Of a stretch of 56,600 nt of DNA, positions 9,716-17,418 are shown in pieces. Location of the stretch: positions 1-56,600 of the forward strand of contig JAPLXV010000003.1 of NCBI GenBank assembly GCA_026395895.1. The letters run 5' to 3'. The position numbers and the translations under genes were made by a program. The stretch's first letter is position 1, and each line of letters opens with the position of its first letter. The notes below the pieces were generated by a model, which saw only the letters and a program-made list of their open reading frames with translations, did not search any database and had not been told where the DNA came from. This stretch comes from Candidatus Nomurabacteria bacterium. GTDB lineage: Bacteria > Patescibacteriota > Minisyncoccia > Phycocordibacterales > UBA9973.

Positions 9716-11530
9716 ATGCTGATTTCTTATAAATGGTTAAAAAATTATGTTCCAGATTTACCAGAGCCAAATAAATTGGTAGATATTTTTACATTTCATC
9801 TTTGTGAAGTAGAAGGAACAAAAAAAACAGAAGACGATACCATTTTTGATTTAAATATTTTGCCGGATAGAGCACATGACTTGCTATCTTATAGGGGAGT
9901 AGCTAGGGACTTAGCAGGGCTTCTGGATATAGAATATAAAGACATAGAGTATAAAATTGAAGTAGGTGGAACTACAAAGCTTTCTATAAAAGTAGAAAGT
10001 GAAAATTGCCGTAGATATATGGGTAGAATAATAAAAAAGGTAGAGGTTTTACCTTCCCCAGACTGGATGAGGAATTATCTTTTATCGATGGACCAACGCT
10101 CAATAAATAATTTAGTTGACGCTTCTAATATTGTTATGTTCGACAGAGGAAATCCTATTCATGTTTTTGATTTAGATAAAGTAGAGGGTAGTATAATAAT
10201 TCGCCAAGCAAAAGAAGGAGAAAAAATGACTACACTAGATAATAAGGAAGTTAAATTAAGTCCTTCAAATATGGTTATTGCCGACGAAAAAAATATTTTG
10301 GCTCTTGCTGGGGTGAAGGGTGGAAAAATAGCAGAAGTAGATGAAAATACAAAAAATATAATTATTGAAGTTGCCAATTTTGATCCGATAAGCGTGAGAA
10401 AAACTTCCAAAGAAGTAAATATATTTACTGACGCAGTAAAGAGATTTGAAAATGATTTATCTCCTGAAGTAGCAAGTGATGCGATAAATGATATGAGCGC
10501 TTTAGTTTTAGAGATGTGTAGAGGTGCTATCTTAGAAGAGGTAGTGGATGTTTATACAAAAAAACAAGAGAAGATAAAATTATCTTTTGATATAAAAAAG
10601 ATATCTAAAAGATTAGGTTTAGATATTTCTATTACTACAGTTCAAGACATATTAAAACGTTTTGGTGTTCTATATAAAAACACTGGTAACAATTTTGAGA
10701 TTATTGTTCCCGATATGAGGCTTGATCTAAAAACAAAAGAAGATATGTCTGAAGAAATAATAAGAATTTTAGGATACGATAAAATAAAACCAAAAATTCC
10801 CAAAATAAATTTTAAACCACAAGTAAACGAGGTATATGCCAAAATTTCTTGGGCAAGAAATAAACTTTTAAACGAGGGATATAGTGAAGTGATGACTTAT
10901 ACTTTTTGTAATAAAGGAGAAGTGGAAGTGCTTGCTTCTGCTTCAGATAAGAAATTCTTAAGAACAAATTTGAGTGATGGATTAAAAGAAAGTCTAAAAT
11001 TAAATCAACTAAATATGCCGTTGCTCGAGATGGATGAAATAAAAATTTTTGAAATAGGAACTGTTTTTTTGGAAGATAAAGAACAGATGAATGTTTGTTA
11101 TGCAGATAAGAAAAATATTACAGAAGTTTCTTTGGAAACGTTTTGTATGAATTCTCCTCTTGAGGAGTACTCCGACTTAAAGTTGGAGGGAGGTGGAGGT
11201 GTTTTCCACCCCGCCTTCGGCACCCCTCAAGAGGGGAATAAATTCAAACTCTGGTCTCTATTTCCATTTATTGTTCGTGACATTGCAGTTTGGGTTCCGG
11301 AAGAAATAAAAAGTGTAGATGTGGAAAAAGTCATAAAAAATAGTATGGGAGAGCTTGTAATTCGAGGTCCAGAACTCTTTGATCAGTTCAAAAAAGATGG
11401 CAAAATATCCTATGCTTTCAGGCTAGTTTTTCAGTCCTACGATAGGACCCTTACAGATGCTGAAATAAACGAAATTATGACTAAAATAACCAATAAAATC
11501 AAGGAGAAAAATGATTGGCAAGTAAGGTAG
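9716..11530 (+). CDS. pheT: Phenylalanine--tRNA ligase beta subunit (short form, no OB-fold tRNA-binding B2 domain)
   Basis: MLISYKWLKNYV start, ILPDRAHDLLSYRGVARDLA, B3/4 and B5 regions, and a C-terminal FDX-ACB-like domain (RDIAVWVPEE...YAFRLVFQS). Confidence 0.93.
   Translation: MLISYKWLKNYVPDLPEPNKLVDIFTFHLCEVEGTKKTEDDTIFDLNILPDRAHDLLSYRGVARDLAGLLDIEYKDIEYKIEVGGTTKLSIKVESENCRRYMGRIIKKVEVLPSPDWMRNYLLSMDQRSINNLVDASNIVMFDRGNPIHVFDLDKVEGSIIIRQAKEGEKMTTLDNKEVKLSPSNMVIADEKNILALAGVKGGKIAEVDENTKNIIIEVANFDPISVRKTSKEVNIFTDAVKRFENDLSPEVASDAINDMSALVLEMCRGAILEEVVDVYTKKQEKIKLSFDIKKISKRLGLDISITTVQDILKRFGVLYKNTGNNFEIIVPDMRLDLKTKEDMSEEIIRILGYDKIKPKIPKINFKPQVNEVYAKISWARNKLLNEGYSEVMTYTFCNKGEVEVLASASDKKFLRTNLSDGLKESLKLNQLNMPLLEMDEIKIFEIGTVFLEDKEQMNVCYADKKNITEVSLETFCMNSPLEEYSDLKLEGGGGVFHPAFGTPQEGNKFKLWSLFPFIVRDIAVWVPEEIKSVDVEKVIKNSMGELVIRGPELFDQFKKDGKISYAFRLVFQSYDRTLTDAEINEIMTKITNKIKEKNDWQVR
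11192..11242 (+). repeat. GC-rich hairpin module in frame in pheT (shares a 22-mer with trmD)
   Basis: GGTGGA 11192-11197 / TCCACC 11205-11210. CACCCCTCAAGAGGGGAATAAA at 11221-11242 is identical to 24809-24830. It encodes GGGVFHPAFGTPQEGNK. Confidence 0.8.
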
Positions 11531-11552
11531 TTTATGATATAATTGCCTTATA

Positions 11553-13631
11553 ATGGCTAAAGAAAAAGAAGTAAAAAATGGGCACCATTATGATGCCTCT
11601 GATATCTCTGTTTTAGAAGGACTTGATCCAGTCAGACGTCGTCCAGGAATGTATATCGGAACCACCGGTCCAGAAGGTTTACACCATCTCGTTTGGGAAA
11701 TTTTTGATAACTCGCGCGATGAAGCGATGGGTGGTTTTTGTGATGATATAGAAGTTGTCCTTTTGCCGAACAATCGTATTCGAGTGGCAGACAATGGGCG
11801 AGGTGTGCCTGTTGATATTCACAAAAAAACTAAAGTATCTGCTTTGGAAACTGTTATGACTACTCTGCATGCTGGAGGAAAATTCGGTGGAGAAGGCTAT
11901 AAAGTTTCTGGAGGCTTGCATGGAGTGGGAGCGTCAGTAGTAAATGCGCTCTCAATTTATTGTAAAGCGGAAGTGCATAAAGATGGTGGTAAATATATAC
12001 AAGAATATTCTCAAGGTAAGAAAAAAGCTTCAGTAAAAAAAATTGGGTCTTCAAAATTACATGGAACCATCATTACTTTTGAACCAGATCAAGAAATTTT
12101 TAAAGATATAAAGTTTGATTTAAGTACAATTATAAATCATATTCGTCAGCAAGCTTATTTAGTTAAAAAATTAAAAGTTTCAATAATAGATGCGCGAGGT
12201 TGGGATAATAAAAAAGGACTTGATGACTCTGACGTATTTTATTTTAGAGATCTTGGCATAGAACTTCCCTCCACTTCTTTTTATTTTGAAGGAGGATTGA
12301 TTTCTCTTATAAAATATTACAACAAGTTTCAAAAACCACTTCACGATCATATTTTTTATGTTGAAAAAGAATTGGACGGTGTGATGGTTGAAATAGCTTT
12401 ACAATATGTTGATGACATTGTTGATAGAATAATTCCTTTCGCAAATAATATACATACCGCTGAAGGTGGGACACATGTGACTGGTTTTAAAACTGCTCTT
12501 ACTCGCACCTTGAATACTTATTGTAAAAAGAATGAAATGATGAAAGATTCAGAAGGTGGATTTACCGGCGATGATGTACTGGAAGGTCTTACAGCTGTCA
12601 TTTCGGTGAAGTTAAGAGAGATACAATTTGAAGGTCAAACCAAGGCAAAATTAGGCTCTATGGAGGCCCAAGGAGCTGTTGGGACAATTTTTGGGGAGGC
12701 TTTTGCTGCTTTTCTAGAGGAAAACCCAGATGAAGCAAAAGCTATAATAAATAAGTCTATTTTGGCCTTAAAAGCTCGTAAAGCAGCCAAAGCGGCTAAA
12801 GATTCAGTTCTTCGTAAAGGTGCGCTTGAAGGTATGACCCTGCCTGGAAAATTAGCAGATTGCCAAAGCAAAAGTGCAGAAGATTCAGAATTATTTTTAG
12901 TAGAAGGAGATTCGGCAGGAGGTTCGGCTAAACAAGGTAGAGATAGACGCACTCAAGCCATTCTTCCGCTTCGTGGAAAAATTTTAAATGTTGAACGTGC
13001 TCGCATAGATAAAATGCTTGCTTCTAAAGAAGTAAGAGCTCTGGTTATTGCGATGGGTACTTCTATTGGAGACACTTTTGATCTTTCTAAAATGCGTTAT
13101 CACAAAATAATTATTGCCACAGATGCTGATGTGGACGGTGCGCACATTCGCACCCTTTTGCTGACTCTTTTTTATAGATATTTTAGACAAGTTGTGGACG
13201 CGGGCTATATTTATATTGCTCAACCACCACTTTATAAAATAAAAAGAGGAAAGGAAGTTAGTTATGCATATTCCGATGAAGAGAAAATAAAAATTATCGG
13301 TAAAGAAACAGATGTAAGTGAGATACAAGCGGTTAATGATGAAGAACCCCTACCCGACCTCCCCCTTAGTAAGGGGGAGGAGAAAGGAGGGGGTCTAGAG
13401 TCTAAACAATCTACAAAAATTCACATTCAGCGTTATAAAGGTCTCGGAGAAATGAACCCAGAAGAACTTTGGGAAACAACCATGGACCCAGCTCATCGAG
13501 TATTAAAAAAAGTAAATATAGATGATGCCGAAGAGGCCAACAAAATTTTTGAAATTCTGATGGGTTCCGAAGTTCCTCCTCGAAAATCCTTTATCCAATC
13601 TAATGCTAAATTAGCAGAGATTGATATTTAA
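11553..13631 (+). CDS. gyrB: DNA gyrase subunit B
   Basis: YDASDISVLEGLDPVRRRPGMYIG, GGLHGVGASVVNALS, EGDSAGGSAKQGRDR, PLRGKILNVE, QRYKGLGEMNPEELWETTMDP. Confidence 0.97.
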   Translation: MAKEKEVKNGHHYDASDISVLEGLDPVRRRPGMYIGTTGPEGLHHLVWEIFDNSRDEAMGGFCDDIEVVLLPNNRIRVADNGRGVPVDIHKKTKVSALETVMTTLHAGGKFGGEGYKVSGGLHGVGASVVNALSIYCKAEVHKDGGKYIQEYSQGKKKASVKKIGSSKLHGTIITFEPDQEIFKDIKFDLSTIINHIRQQAYLVKKLKVSIIDARGWDNKKGLDDSDVFYFRDLGIELPSTSFYFEGGLISLIKYYNKFQKPLHDHIFYVEKELDGVMVEIALQYVDDIVDRIIPFANNIHTAEGGTHVTGFKTALTRTLNTYCKKNEMMKDSEGGFTGDDVLEGLTAVISVKLREIQFEGQTKAKLGSMEAQGAVGTIFGEAFAAFLEENPDEAKAIINKSILALKARKAAKAAKDSVLRKGALEGMTLPGKLADCQSKSAEDSELFLVEGDSAGGSAKQGRDRRTQAILPLRGKILNVERARIDKMLASKEVRALVIAMGTSIGDTFDLSKMRYHKIIIATDADVDGAHIRTLLLTLFYRYFRQVVDAGYIYIAQPPLYKIKRGKEVSYAYSDEEKIKIIGKETDVSEIQAVNDEEPLPDLPLSKGEEKGGGLESKQSTKIHIQRYKGLGEMNPEELWETTMDPAHRVLKKVNIDDAEEANKIFEILMGSEVPPRKSFIQSNAKLAEIDI
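13346..13394 (+). repeat. GC-rich palindromic module in frame in gyrB (family 3)
   Basis: 10 bp stem CCTCCCCCTT 13358-13367 / AAGGGGGAGG 13371-13380. Outer pair ACCCC 13346-13350 / GGGGT 13390-13394. It encodes PLPDLPLSKGEEKGGG just upstream of the RYKGLGEMNP motif. Confidence 0.8.
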
Positions 13632-13632
13632 T

Positions 13633-15384
13633 TTATTTTTTTTCTTCAATTTCCTTTTTGAGTTTTGAGACAAATTCTTCGGAAGAAATATTTTCTAGTT
13701 TTTCGTTATTTCGTCCTTCTATGGTGAGTTTTTTTGAATCTTTTTCTTTGTCTCCGATAATTATCAAATAAGGAATCTTTTGAATTTTGGCATTACGGAT
13801 TTTTTTACTCAAAGATTCATTTGATTCATCTAATTCTACGCGGATATTATGTTCTTTAAGAATTTTAAAAACTTCACTGGCATAATCTAAATGTTTATCT
13901 TCAGAAATCGGAATAACTTTCACTTGCACAGGGGAGAGCCAAAGAGGGAAGGCGCCGGCATAATGTTCGATCAAGATACCCATGAATCTTTCAAAAGATC
14001 CGAAGATGGCCACATGAAGCACAACCACGCGATGTTTTTTGCCATCTTCTCCAGCATAATCCATTTCAAAATTTTCCGGTTGATTAAAATCAAGTTGTAT
14101 AGTTGCTAGTTGCCATTCTCTTCCTATCGAATCTTTTATCTTTATATCGATTTTTGGTCCGTAAAAAGCAGCTTCTCCCTCTTCAATACTATATTTCAGT
14201 TTCATTTTTTCAGCGGAATTAACCAAGATTTTTTCCGCTTTTTCCCATACGTCATCATTACCGAAATATTTTTCTTTTTTCAATGGGTCTCGTATAGATA
14301 TTTCTATTTTATAATTGTCAAAACCGAATGTGCCATAAACTTTTTTCATTAGACCAAAAATCATTTCAATTTCTGATTCGATTTGGTCGGGTCTTATGAA
14401 ATGGTGCGTGTCATCTTGAGTCAAATTCTTAACACGCAAAAGGCCAGCTAATTCTCCACTTTTTTCATTACGATATACAGTTGTGTTTTCTGCTATACGT
14501 AACGGTAAATCACGATAACTATGTTGTTCAGCGTTATATATTTCAAAATGATGAGGACAATTCATGGCTTTCATGACAAATTCTTCACCATTTTCATCCG
14601 TCATGATTGGCATCATTGCATCGTATTTACCCATGTGTCCGCTTTTTATATAAAGTTCTTTTTTTGCGATATGCGGAATTGTGACAAAAGAATAACCCAG
14701 ATCTTCTTTTTCTTTTCTTATAAAATTTTCTAGTTCAGTTTTTATAATATTACCCTTAGGCAAATACATCGGTAGACCTTTTCCGACTAAATTTGAAACA
14801 GTAAATAATCCCAGTTCTTTTCCTAATTTTTTATGATCTCTCTTTTCTGCTTCTTCGCGCATTTTGATATATTTTTCCAATTCTTCTTTTGTCTCAAATG
14901 CCAATCCATAAATACGAGTGAGCATTTTATTTTTTTCATCTCCACGCCAATATGCTCCAGCTACGCGGTCTAATTTAAACGAGTCCGGTTTTATTTCTTT
15001 AGCTGGGTTTTCTAAATGCCCGCCTCGGCAAAGGTCTGTAAACTTGCCACAAGTATAAAATGTTATTTTTTCTTTCTTCCCAACGATCTCATCTATCAGT
15101 TCTATTTTGTATTCATTTTTTTTGAAGTGTTCTTTTGCTTCTTTTTCACTTTTTTCTGCACTTTCAAATACTTTCCAAGACTTCAAAATCTCTTTCATTT
15201 TCTTCTCTATTTTAGGTAAATCTTTATCAGAAATAGGATTTTTGAATTCAAAATCGTAGTAGAAGCCGTCCTCTATTGACGGACCAATAGTATTTTTAGT
15301 ATCTGGGTACATCTCTAAAACAGCCGCAGCCAAAAGGTGAGCCAATGAGTGTCTTAAATTGTGTAATTTATCAACCTCTGCCAT
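13633..15384 (-). CDS. thrS: Threonine--tRNA ligase (no N-terminal TGS domain)
   Basis: It starts in the editing/SAD region (LRHSLAHLLAAA). Class II core (NCPHH, RVKNLTQDDTHHF, GPKIDIK) and a C-terminal anticodon-binding domain. Confidence 0.95.
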   Translation of the reverse strand: MAEVDKLHNLRHSLAHLLAAAVLEMYPDTKNTIGPSIEDGFYYDFEFKNPISDKDLPKIEKKMKEILKSWKVFESAEKSEKEAKEHFKKNEYKIELIDEIVGKKEKITFYTCGKFTDLCRGGHLENPAKEIKPDSFKLDRVAGAYWRGDEKNKMLTRIYGLAFETKEELEKYIKMREEAEKRDHKKLGKELGLFTVSNLVGKGLPMYLPKGNIIKTELENFIRKEKEDLGYSFVTIPHIAKKELYIKSGHMGKYDAMMPIMTDENGEEFVMKAMNCPHHFEIYNAEQHSYRDLPLRIAENTTVYRNEKSGELAGLLRVKNLTQDDTHHFIRPDQIESEIEMIFGLMKKVYGTFGFDNYKIEISIRDPLKKEKYFGNDDVWEKAEKILVNSAEKMKLKYSIEEGEAAFYGPKIDIKIKDSIGREWQLATIQLDFNQPENFEMDYAGEDGKKHRVVVLHVAIFGSFERFMGILIEHYAGAFPLWLSPVQVKVIPISEDKHLDYASEVFKILKEHNIRVELDESNESLSKKIRNAKIQKIPYLIIIGDKEKDSKKLTIEGRNNEKLENISSEEFVSKLKKEIEEKK

Positions 15385-15464
15385 ATACCTTTATAATATC
15401 ATATTTTAACATTTCGCAAAAATTGTTTTGCTTTTTATGCCTATTATGTTAGTATAGAAATATT

Positions 15465-15692
15465 ATGGTAGTACGAATGAGACATACAAAATCGCATACA
15501 GCAAACCGACGTTCTCATCATGCATTGACGAGTACGGGTTTTACTAAATGTGAAAATTGTAAAAATCCAAAGAAACGTCACACGGTTTGTTCATCTTGTG
15601 GATATTATCGTGGAATGAAAGTTTTGGATTTGGTGAAGAAAATGGAAAAGAAGCAAAAGAAAGAAAAGGCTAAACAGAAACAAGCTAATTAG
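15465..15692 (+). CDS. rpmF: 50S ribosomal protein L32
   Basis: MRHTKSHTANRRSHHAL with CxxC...CxxC (CENC, CSSCGYYRG) and a lysine-rich tail. Confidence 0.85.
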   Translation: MVVRMRHTKSHTANRRSHHALTSTGFTKCENCKNPKKRHTVCSSCGYYRGMKVLDLVKKMEKKQKKEKAKQKQAN

Positions 15693-15771
15693 CTTATAGT
15701 TTTTGGCTTTTTAGGCAAGAAATGATTTGCTAAGAAGCTAATAGCTAAAAAGTTAGAAAGCTATTAAAAAA

Positions 15772-16710
15772 ATGGCAAATAGGCACCTTTCAAGATCAAT
15801 AGTTCTCCAAACGCTTTTTGAGTGGGATTTTATGTCTGCAGAAGAGAGTGGTGTTTGGAATGATAAAAAGATAAAAGAAGCACTTAATAGAAATTTAAAA
15901 GAATTTGCTCCTGGGTTAGAGGACGATATTTTTGTTTTTTCTTTGGTGGAACAAGTTTTAGAAAAATCTAAAGTAATTGATGAAATAATAAAAAAAGCTG
16001 CGCCGGACTGGCCTATTGATAAAATTTCCGTGGTGGACAGAAATATTTTACGAATTGGTTTAACTGAACTTCTTTTTGGTGATAGAAGCCAAGTACCTCC
16101 GAAAGTAGCTATTAATGAAGCCATAGAATTGGCCAAAACTTTTGGCGGGGAAAATTCTGGTAAATTTGTAAACGGTGTATTGGGTGCAGTTTATAAAGAA
16201 ATTGGCGAACCTGGCAAAGAACAAGTAAGTAAAAAGAAAAAAATTGAAGAACCAGTAGATATAACAAAATTGCCAGTTGAAAAACTGGGGGGTGCCTTGA
16301 TTTATGCCAAAAGGCCTGCCCGTTTCTCTGGCGGGGGCAATGATATTTTATTTGCCTTAGTGCACGACGTTTTTGGTTACTGGACTTTGTCTAAAGGTAG
16401 TATTGAAGATAGTGAAAATATAGAAGAGGGGACAATAAGAGAGATAAAAGAAGAAACGGGCCTTGATATTTTTATCAAAGAAAAAATTGGAGAAAATGAA
16501 TATGTAGCTAGTCATCCGGAAAAAGGAAAAACATTAAAAAAAGTGACATATTTTTTGGCAGAAAGTAAATATCAAAAACTTAAACTCGGAACTTCTGGCG
16601 GGCTAGATGACGCTAAATGGTTCCAGCTTTCAGAAATTCCTGAGCTTCGTATTTACAATGACATTATTCCACTTATTACAAAAGCGATCGAAATTATCAG
16701 TAAAAAATAA
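15772..16710 (+). CDS. nusB: NusB antitermination factor fused to a C-terminal NUDIX hydrolase domain
   Basis: The N-terminal ~145 aa are NusB-like (RSIVLQTLFEWDF..., DRNILRIGLTELLF, VAINEAIELAKTFGGENSGKFVNGVLG). The C-terminus has a Nudix box GSIEDSENIEEGTIREIKEETGL. Confidence 0.85.
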   Translation: MANRHLSRSIVLQTLFEWDFMSAEESGVWNDKKIKEALNRNLKEFAPGLEDDIFVFSLVEQVLEKSKVIDEIIKKAAPDWPIDKISVVDRNILRIGLTELLFGDRSQVPPKVAINEAIELAKTFGGENSGKFVNGVLGAVYKEIGEPGKEQVSKKKKIEEPVDITKLPVEKLGGALIYAKRPARFSGGGNDILFALVHDVFGYWTLSKGSIEDSENIEEGTIREIKEETGLDIFIKEKIGENEYVASHPEKGKTLKKVTYFLAESKYQKLKLGTSGGLDDAKWFQLSEIPELRIYNDIIPLITKAIEIISKK

Positions 16711-16721
16711 TTTTTTATATT

Positions 16722-17417
16722 ATGATTCAATTTTCAGGTTTTGAAAAAAATACAAAAGTGATTTTTAAAGATAAAAATTTATTAAAACAGGCTTTTATCC
16801 ATCGTTCCTATATAAATGAGAATCCGGGTTCTAATCTTTCACACAACGAGCGTTTGGAATTTTTAGGAGATGCAGTACTGGAGCTTGTTGTGACTGATTT
16901 TCTTTATAAAAAATATCCGAATTATACAGAAGGAGAATTAACTGCTATTCGTTCAGCTTTAGTAAATGCCATTATTATTTCTGAAGTTGCTTCAAAAATT
17001 GGGATGAATGATTACTTACTTTTATCTAAGGGCGAAGCTAAAGACAACGGTAAAGCCAGACAATATATTTTAGCTAATACGTATGAAGCGTATATTGGAG
17101 CGGTTTATTTGGATCAAGGCTATAATGCTGTAAATAAATTTGTCACTGCCACTCTTTTACCGCACACAGAAGAAATTGTGGCTAAAAAACTTTGGCGTGA
17201 TGCTAAAAGTTTGGTACAAGAAAAAGCCCAAGAATTTGTTGGAGTTACTCCTGCTTATAAAGTTTTACACGAATCGGGTCCTGACCATGATAAACATTTT
17301 ACGGTAGGTATTTTATTTGGCTCTGATTTAATTGCTGAAGGAAAAGGAAAATCAAAACAAGAAGCGGAACAGAAGGCTGCCGAAATGGCATTAAAAGTGA
17401 AAAATTGGATGGAATAA
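16722..17417 (+). CDS. rnc: Ribonuclease III
   Basis: NERLEFLGDAVLELVV signature and a C-terminal dsRBD (GPDHDKHFTV...GKGKSKQEAEQKAA). Confidence 0.95.
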   Translation: MIQFSGFEKNTKVIFKDKNLLKQAFIHRSYINENPGSNLSHNERLEFLGDAVLELVVTDFLYKKYPNYTEGELTAIRSALVNAIIISEVASKIGMNDYLLLSKGEAKDNGKARQYILANTYEAYIGAVYLDQGYNAVNKFVTATLLPHTEEIVAKKLWRDAKSLVQEKAQEFVGVTPAYKVLHESGPDHDKHFTVGILFGSDLIAEGKGKSKQEAEQKAAEMALKVKNWME

Positions 17418-17418
17418 T

